From Gemmatimonadales bacterium (GTDB lineage Bacteria; Gemmatimonadota; Gemmatimonadetes; Gemmatimonadales; GWC2-71-9), in contig JBBQFH010000002.1 of NCBI GenBank assembly GCA_038321865.1, positions 64,001 through 128,000 on the forward strand: DNA of 64,000 nucleotides, written 5' to 3'. Every line of letters begins with the position of its first letter. The first letter of the stretch is position 1. Below, piece by piece: positions 1-11,986 of the stretch. Made by a program: the position numbers and the translations under genes. The notes under the pieces were generated by a model. The model did not search any database and had not been told where the DNA came from. It saw nothing but the letters and a program-made list of their open reading frames with translations.

Positions 1-1481
1 TTGCGGGTGGCGGCTGACCAGTTGAGCAGGAGCGGAATTGCCGCAAGCGCGAGCACGCCGCCGGCCGCCCGCCTCCGCCACCCGCCCCGCGCGAACATCT
101 CTCTGGCCAGGGACGCGAGTCCGATCCCCGCCCAAAGGCCCCAGATCACGAAGCTCACGACGAAGAAGTAGTCCCGCTCCCGCACCTCGTGCTGCTCGCC
201 GTTGGGATAAAGATCGTATCCCAGGCTGAACCCAGGCCTGAAGTTCATATACGCGACGAGCCCGAAACCCGTCACCAGGAAGATCATGAGGAAGAGCCAC
301 CAGGCGCTCCGGTCGAGCCGGCGCTGCACGACGAATCCCCTGATGCCGAGCGAGGCCGCGGCCAGGGTGACCGCGAGCCGCGCGGGCGACGTGATCGCGT
401 TGACGGCGGCCAGCCCCTTGGCCCACTGCCAATCGAAATAGAGAATGTAGTTCTGCAGCTGGAGCCCGACGATGGCGAGACTTCTGCCAGGATTGTCCGG
501 CCCGTGCATGACGGTTGGGTCGTCGAGTGGCGTGCGCACGGGATACTGCGCCCTCCGGATCACGGCCAGCAACGCGTCCCAGTTTGAGGGCGCCGCTTCA
601 TTCAGTATCGGGTGCTGCGCGGCGCGGATGAACAGGAAGAGGTATGGAGTCAGGCCGATGGCGGCCACCGCCAACGCCACGAAGGCGAAGCTCGCCGTTC
701 CAGCCGAGCCAGCGTATAAGGCCGCCGCAACAAAGCAGGCCGCGCCGAGCGCGGTGAGCGTCGTGCTGCCGAGGCCGCTGCCGATCAGCAGCGCCCAGGT
801 CCCCGCGACGACGGCGGTCTGCGCCCACTCGCGGCGGCGTACGTTCGCATCCGCGGACGGCGCAAGCCGGAGCGTGGAGATCATGAACGCGACGATGCCG
901 GGACCGGCCAGGAGCGCGAGCAAATGGTTGGCGACAGAGACACCGCCGAGATACAGAATCAGCAGCAACACCCGTGAGCCCGATTCCGTACCCCGCCGCG
1001 CGCGCCAGACGTGGCAGAGCCAGCAAACCACCGCGATCGTAAACGTGGCGACCGCGTAGACCTCCGTCTCATTCGAGTTCTGCCAGTTCGTAAAAGTGAA
1101 GGCCCCGATAACGGCCGCGGCGAACGCCCCGCCGGTCTGCGTCACGAATGCCGCCCGGGAATCGAGCCCGGTGGCAAGCGCGCTCAGGGAGGACCGGACG
1201 ACCAGGAAGAAGCAGCCGGCACCGAGCGCACTCAGCAGTGCGCTGAGCAGGTTGGTCCGGACCGCATACTCTCCGACCGGAAGCAGCGCCGCCCACACGT
1301 GTGCGATCATGACGAACAGCGGGGTGCCGGGCGGATGCGGAATGCCGAGGACCCGGGCCGCGGCGATGAATTCGCCGGCGTCCCAGAACGTGACGGTCGG
1401 CGCCAGCGTGAGGATGTAGACCAGCCACACGAATCCGGCCACCGCGAGCGCGGCGAGGTACGGTGAACGACGCATGCGCAT
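1..1481 (-). CDS. DUF2723 / TMEM260-like GT-C membrane glycosyltransferase (3' end runs off the window)
   Basis: Not in the ORF track because there is no stop in the window. Manual translation from ATG 1481 gives MRMRRSPYLAAL...LTLAPTVTFWDAGEFIAAARVLGIPHPPGTPLF...HEVRERDYFF, with many TM segments. Paralogous to 37049..39205. Confidence 0.85.
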   Translation of the reverse strand, partial: MRMRRSPYLAALAVAGFVWLVYILTLAPTVTFWDAGEFIAAARVLGIPHPPGTPLFVMIAHVWAALLPVGEYAVRTNLLSALLSALGAGCFFLVVRSSLSALATGLDSRAAFVTQTGGAFAAAVIGAFTFTNWQNSNETEVYAVATFTIAVVCWLCHVWRARRGTESGSRVLLLILYLGGVSVANHLLALLAGPGIVAFMISTLRLAPSADANVRRREWAQTAVVAGTWALLIGSGLGSTTLTALGAACFVAAALYAGSAGTASFAFVALAVAAIGLTPYLFLFIRAAQHPILNEAAPSNWDALLAVIRRAQYPVRTPLDDPTVMHGPDNPGRSLAIVGLQLQNYILYFDWQWAKGLAAVNAITSPARLAVTLAAASLGIRGFVVQRRLDRSAWWLFLMIFLVTGFGLVAYMNFRPGFSLGYDLYPNGEQHEVRERDYFFVVSFVIWGLWAGIGLASLAREMFARGGWRRRAAGGVLALAAIPLLLNWSAATR

Positions 1482-1483
1482 CT

Positions 1484-2652
1484 TCAGGAAGGATCGAGGG
1501 AACGAACCAGCGCGAGCGCTTCGCGCGCGGCGCGGACATCGTGAACGCGGAACAGCCGCGCGCCGCGCTCCCAACCGACGGCGCAGGCGGTCGCCGAGCG
1601 TACGTCCCGAGCCGCGGGCGAGTCATCAAGCTGCCCGGCCAGGAATCGCTTGCGGGATGGCCCGATGAGCACAGGATGGCCAAGCACGCGGAGAGAGGCC
1701 AGCTCATCGAGCAGCAGCATGTTCTGAGGCACGGTCTTCGAGAAGCCGAACCCGGGATCGATCACGATCGCGTCTGCGCCGACTCCGGCGGACACGGCGC
1801 GGGCCAGTGACTGACGCAGGTCGTCGAGCACACCGGCGATGACGCCGGCCGGGTACTGCGCGTGCACGTACGACGCGATGTCGAGAATCCCACCGCGCGA
1901 ATGCATCACTACCACGCCGGCACCGGCCCTGGCAACGACGGCTGCCATCGCATCATCGAGCCGGAGGCCGGACACGTCGTTCACGATCGCCGCGCCGGCG
2001 TCGATCGCCGCGCGCGCCACCTCGGCCTTCACCGTATCTACCGAGATGAGCACCGCAGGGGCTTCACGAGCGAGTGCCGCGATCACCGGGATCACCCGCG
2101 CCAGCTCATCCGCGGGCGCGACGGGCGCCGTTCGGCCCGGACGGGTGGATTCCCCACCGACATCGATGATGGCGGCACCGCCCGCAGCCAGTTCTACGGC
2201 ATGAGCCACCGCCGCCTCGGGCCCCGCGAAGCGGCCGCCGTCGCTGAAGCTGTCCGGCGTGACGTTCAGGATCCCCATCAGCACCGGTTCCGTCAGCGAC
2301 AGCGCACCCCGCGCTGTCCGCCAGGCCACGGACTGCTCGGCCGGGAGCGCCATGCCGAGCTCCACGGCGACATCACGCAGGGAATCGGGCACGACCCAGG
2401 GTCGGGCGAGGGCGCTCAGGCGTGCCTGGCTGCCCGCGACGACAGCCCAGTCGTCACCGGTCACGACATTGAGCCCGAGCTTCCCACCATGCAGCACCAG
2501 CGCCTCGAGCGTCGCCGGCTGCAGCGCGGACAACAGAAACGCGGCGGGGTGAATACCCCCTGCCGCGTCTCTCGCCAGCCCCGCATCCCAGCCGTGGGCG
2601 CGAAGCGCATCTTCAACGGCCCGCGGCGAGTGAACCGCCAGCGGGACGACCG

Positions 2653-2656
<4 letters not shown>
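1484..2656 (-). CDS. folP: Dihydropteroate synthase with N-terminal extension
   Basis: MGILNVTPDSFSDGG, IIDVGGESTRPG, DPGFGFSK, SRKRF, RVHDV motifs. Follows ftsH, as is common. Confidence 0.95.
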
Positions 2657-4638
<1,982 letters not shown>

Positions 4639-5199
4639 TTATTCCAAGTCCCCGATGAACGGGAGGTGTCTGAAGTTCTCGGCGTGGTCGAGACCATACC
4701 CGACCAGAAACGCCGGCGGTGCGCTGAAGCCGACAAAACGGAGCTCGGCTGGAGGCTCCGGTGCCAGGTGCTTGTCGAGCAGCGCGCAGATGGCGAGGCT
4801 CTTCGGCTTTCTGGCGCCAAGCAGCACCATCAGGTGCTGGAGCGTCTTGCCCGTATCAATGATATCCTCGACGACCAGGATATGTTTCCCCTCCAGCTGA
4901 GTCGCCGGATCGTAGAGCAGCCGCACGCTGCCGCTCGATACCGTCCCCGCCCCGTACGAGCTCGCCACCAGAAAATCCACCTGCAGCGGTCGCTCGATCT
5001 TCCGGACGAGATCGCTCAGGAAGATGAAGCTGCCCTTCAGCAGCCCGACCACGAGCAGCTCGCCGTCGGGATACGCCGCGGTGATTTCGGCCCCGAGCTC
5101 GGCGACCTTCTCCGCGATGGCCGCCTCGTCGAAGATGATCGATTTCATGTTGCGCCCGCCAGTGCGGCGCAGGACCTCAGGGGTACGCGACTTCGACAC
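4639..5199 (-). CDS. hpt: Hypoxanthine phosphoribosyltransferase
   Basis: LLKGSFIF, VVEDIIDTGKT (PRPP loop), VGYGLD. Start is GTG 5199 or ATG 5148; tilS-hpt-ftsH order. Confidence 0.95.
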   Translation of the reverse strand: MSKSRTPEVLRRTGGRNMKSIIFDEAAIAEKVAELGAEITAAYPDGELLVVGLLKGSFIFLSDLVRKIERPLQVDFLVASSYGAGTVSSGSVRLLYDPATQLEGKHILVVEDIIDTGKTLQHLMVLLGARKPKSLAICALLDKHLAPEPPAELRFVGFSAPPAFLVGYGLDHAENFRHLPFIGDLE

Positions 5200-6493
5200 G
5201 CAACGCCTCCGCGCCTTCCGCTGGAACCAGCCGGTCCGCCCGGCAGACACCGGGGACCCAGACCGCCGAGCCGTCCATCTCGAATACCGGCCACACACTA
5301 CGGCGGCTCCGCGGGATCCGCGCCTCCTGAAAGCACTTGGCCACCGGCCGCCGACCGTTTCCCCGAATAGGCCGGATCATGTCGCCAGGGCGCGCCGGCC
5401 GGATGGTGAGCGGACCGGGGACGAACCATGCCGTCATCGCATCGCGCTCATGGCCCGCCGGCGCCCGCCCGTAGCTGCACCGGTATTGCCACGGTCCCCA
5501 GTTGCCGGATTCGGCCGAGAGGGCGACTGCTGATGGCCCCGGCGATGGGGACCGCTTCATGAAACGCAATCGGCCGAAGGAAAGTTCGGCCTCCCAGCCG
5601 CCGCTGATCGGGGTGACGCGGCCGCTGGTTGCCCGGCTGGCCAGCTCCAGCACCCGGCCTGCGGCGCGCTCGCCGACGGTGCACCCCGCCCGCCGCCCCA
5701 TCGCACGCAGGAGCGCCGCCGCGACTGCTGAATCATACCCGAGCAGCGGAGCGGCGGCAACGGAAATTTCGCCTCCCTCCTCTCGGCATTCGAGCGCCGG
5801 CAGGACGCTGAGAAGTCGGTCCCACGCGTCGCGGTCCGCGGCAGCCATGCGCGCGCTGCGCAACAGGTTGGGCGTCAGATCGGGGATCCGCCGCTCGAGC
5901 ACCGGAAGCACAGCGGTGCGGATCCACGAGCGGAGGTGAATCGGATCGGCGTTCGCCGGGTCGCTCCACGCGCTAAGGCCGCGCGCTTGCACGTATTGCG
6001 CCAGCTCGGAGCGCCGAAACGGCAGCAACGGGCGGGCAATCGCGCCCCGCCGCCGCTGCATACCGGCGAGTCCGGCCGGGCCCGAGCCGGCGAGCAATCG
6101 CATCAGGGCCGTCTCAGCCTGGTCGTCGGCGTGATGCCCAGTCAGGATCGCCTGGGCGCCAAGGCGCGCGGCCACCTCTTCCAGCCACTGGTAGCGGGCA
6201 CGGCGAGCAGCCGTCTCTCCGGCCAATGGACCGAGTCGCAGCTGTCCGACCTCGACCGGCAGCCCGTACGATGCCGCCGCCCGCACGACCGTCGCGGCCG
6301 CGTCGCCGCTTCGCGGGTCGATTCCATGATCGGCATGGGCCACGGTCGGCAGCAGCCCGTGCCGGGATGCCGCCGCGGCGACGAGGTCGAGGAGCGCGAC
6401 CGAATCGGGGCCGCCCGATACCGCGACGACGATCGAGCCCGCCTTGAGCGCCAGCGAGTCGAGCTCGGCCTCGAACCGGTCGGAGATGGACAT
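5177..6493 (-). CDS. tilS: tRNA(Ile)-lysidine synthetase
   Basis: AVSGGPDS PP-loop, HHADDQAET, DPAN. Start set at MSISDRF (6493). Confidence 0.93.
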   Translation of the reverse strand: MSISDRFEAELDSLALKAGSIVVAVSGGPDSVALLDLVAAAASRHGLLPTVAHADHGIDPRSGDAAATVVRAAASYGLPVEVGQLRLGPLAGETAARRARYQWLEEVAARLGAQAILTGHHADDQAETALMRLLAGSGPAGLAGMQRRRGAIARPLLPFRRSELAQYVQARGLSAWSDPANADPIHLRSWIRTAVLPVLERRIPDLTPNLLRSARMAAADRDAWDRLLSVLPALECREEGGEISVAAAPLLGYDSAVAAALLRAMGRRAGCTVGERAAGRVLELASRATSGRVTPISGGWEAELSFGRLRFMKRSPSPGPSAVALSAESGNWGPWQYRCSYGRAPAGHERDAMTAWFVPGPLTIRPARPGDMIRPIRGNGRRPVAKCFQEARIPRSRRSVWPVFEMDGSAVWVPGVCRADRLVPAEGAEALRVEVAYP

Positions 6494-6575
6494 GCCGAAG
6501 GATAATGGCGGGTGCGACTTGCGAGGACCGGGAACGGGATCGATCTTGCGCTTTCCCCCAGCGAAATTCGGCCAG

Positions 6576-8342
6576 ATGCGCTTTCCGTCAGTCACGGCCT
6601 TGTTGCACCGGGCGTATGCGGTCCTGCTTCGGTTCCCCTGGACGCTGGCTGCCGCGGCGACGGCGGCGGCGGTGGCCTTCATCGGCATCGGGCTGCATGA
6701 TCCCGGCGACGAATGGGTGCGCGGAGCCATGTCCGCGATGCTCGCCGTACCGCTCAGCGCGACAGTCGCCTTCGCGGCTGAGCGGTGGCGCTGGCGAGTT
6801 CCGCTCAGCATCGCGCTTCAGCTGGCCGGCCTGGCGATCGTCACCGGTTTCTATCTGACCTGGCGCGGCCCGGACGACCAGTGGGAGATGGTCCGATACC
6901 TCCAGTTCAGCGCCGCGCTTCACCTGCTGGTCGCCGTGGCCCCGTTCGTCCGCGGCGCCGAGACGGTCAGCTTCTGGGAATACAACCGCCAGCTGCTGCT
7001 GGCCTTCCTGCGGGCGGCCTTCTTTTCGGCCGTGCTGTTCGTGGGCCTGGCGGTGGCCCTCGGCGCACTCGACAAGCTCTTCGGCATTCATGTGCCGCCC
7101 AACACGTACCTGCGGCTCTGGGTGGTGATCGCCCTGCTGCTCAACACCTGGATCTTTCTGTCCGGGCTGTCCGACGATGTGACGGCGCTGAGCGATTCGC
7201 AGTCCTATCCCCGCGCGCTCAAGATCTTCACCCAGTTCATCCTCACGCCGCTCGTCTCGGTTTACCTGGTGATGCTTACCGCGTACCTCGCCAAGATCCT
7301 GCTGACCCGTCAGTGGCCAAGCGGATGGATCGGCTGGCTGGTGGGGAGCGTGAGCGTAGCGGGCATTCTGGGATTTCTCCTCGTTCACCCGCTCCGGCGC
7401 CGACGTGACGAAGGCTGGATCGGCATCTACGCCCGCTGGCTGTTCGTGGGGCTGATCCCGGCCGCGCTCATGCTGGTCGTCGCGCTGGCGAAACGGATCG
7501 GGCCGTATGGGCTGACGGAGCTTCGAGTGATCGCCCTGTCGCTCGCGGTCTGGCTGCTGGCGATCGGCTTGCTGTACACGCTCCGGCGCGACACCGGTAT
7601 TCGCACGATACCGCTTTCGCTGGCGGCGCTGCTGCTCGTCCTGCTCGCGGGCCCCATGAGCGCGACCGCACTGTCGGTGCGCAGCCAGACCCGGCGCCTG
7701 GTGCGCATGCTCAGGGTGCTGGCAGAGGCGCCCCCGCCCGATGCCAATCCCGACGTCCGGCGCGAGACGAGCGCGGCCGTTCGCTACCTGCTCGCTCGCC
7801 ATGCGGGCGGGCCGCTCCAGGCCGTCTTTGGCCGAACCGTGGCGTTCGATGACCGGCGCATGTGCTGCGACCATGCCGACACCGTCGCAACCGGCCTTCT
7901 GGCAACGAAGTCGATTGCGTACGTGAGGGATGGCGGCGGGCCCGGCGGCCGTTTTCGCTACGCGCAGCGTCCGGCGCTCCCGGTCGAGACCAGTGGCTTC
8001 GACTGGATGGTGGATGTCGCGTCACGCGACACGGGGACGGTCGTGCTTGGCACCGATACGCTCGGCTTCCGGACCGACTCCGCAAGCGGCGCGCTGGTAG
8101 TCGCCGCCCGGAGCGGACGTATGCTTCACTTCGACCTCGCGTCCGCGTTCGCGGCACTCGGCGCCGAACCAAATTCGCAGCCCGACTGGCGCTCCGGGCA
8201 AATGCGCCTTCGGGCGGAAGACGGCGGCCTCCGCGGGCTGCTGGTCCTGACCTCGATATCGCAGAGCGGAGACAGTTCGAAGGGACGTGCCTGGGGTGGG
8301 CACCTATTCGTTGTGATGGCGCCGGATACTGCCGGCCGCTGA
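6576..8342 (+). CDS. DUF4153-like multi-pass membrane protein
   Basis: About 12 hydrophobic segments with YPRALKIFTQFILTPL, WPSGWIGW and RIGPYGLTELR motifs, then a soluble C-terminal domain. Start MRFPSV. Confidence 0.75.
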   Translation: MRFPSVTALLHRAYAVLLRFPWTLAAAATAAAVAFIGIGLHDPGDEWVRGAMSAMLAVPLSATVAFAAERWRWRVPLSIALQLAGLAIVTGFYLTWRGPDDQWEMVRYLQFSAALHLLVAVAPFVRGAETVSFWEYNRQLLLAFLRAAFFSAVLFVGLAVALGALDKLFGIHVPPNTYLRLWVVIALLLNTWIFLSGLSDDVTALSDSQSYPRALKIFTQFILTPLVSVYLVMLTAYLAKILLTRQWPSGWIGWLVGSVSVAGILGFLLVHPLRRRRDEGWIGIYARWLFVGLIPAALMLVVALAKRIGPYGLTELRVIALSLAVWLLAIGLLYTLRRDTGIRTIPLSLAALLLVLLAGPMSATALSVRSQTRRLVRMLRVLAEAPPPDANPDVRRETSAAVRYLLARHAGGPLQAVFGRTVAFDDRRMCCDHADTVATGLLATKSIAYVRDGGGPGGRFRYAQRPALPVETSGFDWMVDVASRDTGTVVLGTDTLGFRTDSASGALVVAARSGRMLHFDLASAFAALGAEPNSQPDWRSGQMRLRAEDGGLRGLLVLTSISQSGDSSKGRAWGGHLFVVMAPDTAGR

Positions 8343-8433
8343 CCGCCGAGCGCGTGGTATGGGTCACGGCGGGACCGGCTGGCGAGCGGCATGTTGGTGA
8401 GCCGTTTTCGCATGTCCCCTGGCGGAGGCTCAC

Positions 8434-10116
8434 TTGACGATCTCGCTCAAGCCGGCGCACCTGAAACGATACAAGGACATCGCACTGCTGCTGCTGAAGT
8501 ACGGCCGCGGTGACCTCGTGGCCAGCAGCGGGCTCGACGCCGACCTCGGCGAGGGGACTGAACCGGTGGCCGGATCGGGCAAGGCCGAGGAGCTGGCCGC
8601 CGACCTGGAGAAGCTCGGTCCCACGTTCATCAAGCTGGGCCAGCTGCTGTCGACGCGCACGGAACTCCTCCCGGCGGCCTACATCGATGCGTTGTCGCGG
8701 CTGCAGGACAACGTCCAGCCCTTCGCGTTCGAGGACGTCGAGCGCATCGTAACCGACGAGCTCGGGGTGCGGCTTTCCAAGGGTTTCACCGACTTCGACC
8801 CCACCCCCATCGCCGCTGCGTCCCTCGGCCAGGTGCACAGGGCGACCCTGCGGGACGGCCGTCCGGTCGCGGTGAAGGTGCAGCGGCCGGACGTCCGTCC
8901 GCTCATCGTCGAGGACCTCGAGGCGATCGAGGAGATTGCCTCCATGCTCGACCGGCAAACCGATGCCGGGCGCCGCTACCAGTTCGCGACCATGGTGCAG
9001 GAGTTCCGGAAGGGGCTGCTGGCCGAGCTCGACTACCGTCGCGAAGCGCAGAACCTGAAGCTGCTGTCGGAGAATCTCGGGGAGTTCCCGCATATCATCG
9101 TCCCGCTGCCGGTCGACGATTACACCACCTCACGTGTCCTCACGATGGACTTCGTGACTGGGCGGAAGATCACGGCCCTCAGCCCGCTGACGTTGCTCGA
9201 GGTGGACGGCGATGCACTCGCGGAGGAGTTGTTCCGCGCTTATCTCAAGCAGATTCTGGTCGACGGCTTCTTCCACGCCGATCCGCACCCCGGCAACATC
9301 TTCCTCACCGATGATCATCGCGTCGCGCTGATCGACCTGGGGCTGGTCGCGCGCGTGGCCCCGCGCATGCAGCAGTACCTCCTGCAGCTGGTGCTGGCCA
9401 TCAGCGAAGGCCGCGGTGACGAAACTGCTGACTTCGCCCTGAAGCTCGGGCAGCCGATGGCCGACTTCGACGAGGGGTCGTTTCGCCGGAAGGTGTCCGA
9501 GATGGTGGCGGAGCATCACCTGGCGCGCGCCGAGGACATCCAGGTCGGCATGGCGGTGCTCAACATCAGCCGCGTTGCCGCCGATACCGGCATCCGCCTC
9601 GCGCCCGAGCTCACCATGCTCGGCAAGACGTTACTCAATCTCGACATAGTCGGACGCACGCTCGCGCCCAAGTCCGACCCGAACGCGACGATTCGGCGCA
9701 ACGCCGCCGAACTGATGAATCAGCGGATGCTCAAGTCGCTGTCGCCCGGGAACGTGTTCGCCGGCATGCTGGAGATGAAGGATCTGACGGAGCGGCTGCC
9801 CGGCCGCGTGAACAAGATCCTCGACACCGTGGCGGCCAACGAGCTCAAGCTCCGTGTGGACACCGGTGTCGACGCGGGCTCGCTGATGGAAGGCCTGCAA
9901 AAGGTCGCGAATCGCATCGCGATGGGGCTGGTACTCGCGGCGCTGATCGTGGGCGCTGCGATGCTGATGCAGGTGCGCACGACCTTCACGATCTTCGGCT
10001 ATCCCGGGCTTGCGATGGTATTGTTTCTCGCTGCCGTCGCATTCGGGCTGCTGCTGGTGATTTCCATCGCCCGCAGCGACTATCAGGATCGCGAGCGCGC
10101 CCGACAAAAACGGTGA
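8434..10116 (+). CDS. AarF/UbiB (ABC1) family atypical kinase
   Basis: LGPTFIKLGQ, AASLGQVH, VAVKVQRP, FFHADPHPGN, IDLG; two C-terminal TM helices. Confidence 0.93.
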   Translation: MTISLKPAHLKRYKDIALLLLKYGRGDLVASSGLDADLGEGTEPVAGSGKAEELAADLEKLGPTFIKLGQLLSTRTELLPAAYIDALSRLQDNVQPFAFEDVERIVTDELGVRLSKGFTDFDPTPIAAASLGQVHRATLRDGRPVAVKVQRPDVRPLIVEDLEAIEEIASMLDRQTDAGRRYQFATMVQEFRKGLLAELDYRREAQNLKLLSENLGEFPHIIVPLPVDDYTTSRVLTMDFVTGRKITALSPLTLLEVDGDALAEELFRAYLKQILVDGFFHADPHPGNIFLTDDHRVALIDLGLVARVAPRMQQYLLQLVLAISEGRGDETADFALKLGQPMADFDEGSFRRKVSEMVAEHHLARAEDIQVGMAVLNISRVAADTGIRLAPELTMLGKTLLNLDIVGRTLAPKSDPNATIRRNAAELMNQRMLKSLSPGNVFAGMLEMKDLTERLPGRVNKILDTVAANELKLRVDTGVDAGSLMEGLQKVANRIAMGLVLAALIVGAAMLMQVRTTFTIFGYPGLAMVLFLAAVAFGLLLVISIARSDYQDRERARQKR

Positions 10117-10146
10117 GGCGACGCCGGTCGCGTCGCCTCACCGTTT
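10108..10146. terminator. Bidirectional intrinsic terminator
   Basis: Perfect 17-bp inverted repeat AAACGGTGAGGCGACGC-cggtc-GCGTCGCCTCACCGTTT with T-runs on both strands. Confidence 0.8.
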
Positions 10147-10162
10147 CGATCGCCCGACGTGC

Positions 10163-10208
10163 ATAGCAGGGGCGGGACTCGAACCCGCGACCCCGGCATT
10201 ATGAGTGC
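10163..10208. repeat. att core, left copy (displaced 3' half of tRNA-Met)
   Basis: ATAGCAGGGGCGGGACTCGAACCCGCGACCCCGGCATTATGAGTGC, identical to 13440..13485. Confidence 0.95.
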
Positions 10209-10291
10209 GGGCACACCCCCCGAGCCCCCTGCCCCTCCCCCAGTCGACGCGGCTTAGAGCGGCACGACTCGGCAGGGAAGTGCCTGACTAC

Positions 10292-10313
10292 TGTTGCCAC
10301 CCGTTTTGCCATT
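10292..10313 (+). repeat. Putative integrase arm-type sites (left arm)
   Basis: TGTTGCCACC at 10292 and degenerate TTTTGCCATT 12 bp later. The same decamer occurs twice at 13348/13360. Confidence 0.65.
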
Positions 10314-10604
10314 GAATTGCCGCGCGGTAGCCGGGCTGCGTCCGCTAGAGCGTGCGCCAGCCGACTGAATCTCCCCACAAGACTCCCCACACGCCTTCGA
10401 AGCACATTCTGGAATTGGCGGGAATGAAACCAAGGGCGGCAGTGCAGTCACGAGTCCGGCGTGGTGCCCGGCTTAAGCCCATGCGCGCTGCAAGCCTTTG
10501 GATCTTTGCGACGCCGTGACGAATCCCCCTGTGGCCCCCTTACGCTTTCCCGGGGCGGCGGCCCCATCGGCGTCGGAAAGGTCAGCATCGCCTGCGATTT
10601 CACG

Positions 10605-10841
10605 TCAGTTCCACATCTCCTGCGCCAGCGAGGCGAGCGTATGCCCGGCCAGTTCGATCTCCCGCGCCGCCTTCCGCATAGCCGGCCAGTCATCCCCGTG
10701 GATGGCAGTATCGAGGAGGACGGTCGTCCACCTGAGCGTGGCACAGGCGTCGTTCACGTCATCAGTCCACTGGACCGCCATCCTGGTGCTCGGCGGGTCC
10801 GAGCGGGGCTCAGGACCGACCGTGGGGTTGCGGTATCTCAT
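10605..10841 (-). CDS. Hypothetical 78-aa protein of the element
   Basis: GGGAGG RBS just before the ATG; TATAAC -10-like box about 33 nt upstream; helical-looking C-terminal half. Confidence 0.55.
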   Translation of the reverse strand: MRYRNPTVGPEPRSDPPSTRMAVQWTDDVNDACATLRWTTVLLDTAIHGDDWPAMRKAAREIELAGHTLASLAQEMWN

Positions 10842-11122
10842 AACGCCTCCCAGCTATTCCTGGTCCACTTCGGGTTATACGCAACTGTGATGTAGGGGTG
10901 GTTGCTGCGTGGCGAGCTTTTCTGACGACCGCAGCGTTCACCCGTGGTGTGATGTAGATAACATCGGTGTGATGAAGGCAGACCGAGCAAGAGTGTGAAG
11001 TTTTCTTTGGTCGCTCGACGTCAGGACACCGCACGACTCGCGGAACGCGGCTAGCTGATGGGCGCCGGCGGCTGAGAGCCTGACACCTCATTTGTTCACT
11101 CGTTCCCATAGGCAACGATTCC

Positions 11123-11563
11123 ATGGCAGAGATCAAGACTCAGCGCACGAAAGCTAGCGTCTCGGACTTCCTCAGCGCGATTCCAGACCCGATCCGCCGG
11201 AAAGAGGCTCGCACCCTCGCAGCCCTGATCCGCAAGGCTACGGGGAGCTCTCCGGCTATGTGGGGGGCCAGCATCGTGGGGTTTGGTGCGGTGACCTATA
11301 CCGGGACCCGGGGACGGACCGTCGATTGGTTTCCGGTGGGTTTCTCGCCGCGCAAGGCAACCCTCACCATTTATCTCATGGGCGGCCTGAAAGCTCATTC
11401 AGACTTGCTCAAGCAGCTTGGTCCGCACAAGGTCGGCGGCGGCTGCCTCTACCTTTCGAAGCTGGCTGAGGTCAACACCAAGGTCCTCTCCCAACTCATT
11501 GTCAGGAGCGCGGCGACCAATAGCCAAACGAACCGGCCGGCGCAGGCGAAGCCGCGAAGATGA
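11123..11563 (+). CDS. DUF1801 (YdhG-like) protein, element cargo
   Basis: MWGASIVGFG, WFPVGFSPRK, LGPHKVGGGCLY motifs; codons visibly less GC3-biased than host genes. Confidence 0.85.
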   Translation: MAEIKTQRTKASVSDFLSAIPDPIRRKEARTLAALIRKATGSSPAMWGASIVGFGAVTYTGTRGRTVDWFPVGFSPRKATLTIYLMGGLKAHSDLLKQLGPHKVGGGCLYLSKLAEVNTKVLSQLIVRSAATNSQTNRPAQAKPRR

Positions 11564-11600
11564 GGGGATCGAACCCCCGACCTCGCGCATGTAAGGCGGG
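11557..11600 (-). pseudogene. tRNA-Val(TAC) 3'-half relic
   Basis: Minus strand reads CCCGC-CTTACAT-GCGCG-AGGTC-GGGGG-TTCGATC-CCCTC-ATCTT: anticodon loop, variable loop and T arm in tRNA register. No 5' half is present. Confidence 0.7.
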
Positions 11601-11728
11601 ACAGGCGCGTTGACTGGCGTTGGCGTGCACTCATTCTCCCTCTAGAGAGCCGGAGCAACGTGCATGAGCGTCGGCCGGCGCGTACCGCTGTTGGCACCAC
11701 GAACGGCACCACGAAGAGCTTTCCGCTC

Positions 11729-11872
11729 CTACCCCTGCATCATGTCGATGCCCTTAAGCGCCAGCACCGCCTCGTACAGCGTCGGGTAGTCCCGCTTGAA
11801 GTAGAGCAGTCGGTTGCCGTCGATGGTGTCCACTGCGTGGCAGAGATTCCGCACTGCGTCGTCGCGGGTCAT
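11729..11872 (-). CDS. Hypothetical 47-aa protein (below the ORF-track cutoff)
   Basis: MTRDDAVRNLCHAVDTIDGNRLLYFKRDYPTLYEAVLALKGIDMMQG*. GC3-rich codons; its ATG overlaps an upstream TGA (TGATG). Confidence 0.5.
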   Translation of the reverse strand: MTRDDAVRNLCHAVDTIDGNRLLYFKRDYPTLYEAVLALKGIDMMQG

Positions 11873-11986
11873 CACAGCGGCCCCGGAATATCGCAGGTCC
11901 ACCGCTCCGTCGTCGGCTCACCAACCTCACCACCACCGGCCTGGGTCGCGATCGCACGGAGGATTCCCCGCGAGCTCCTGCTTGCC

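Noticed and set aside
10448..10588. Further small ORFs at the left end of the element
   Set aside because: Atypical codon usage and low-complexity translations; more likely non-coding att-arm region.
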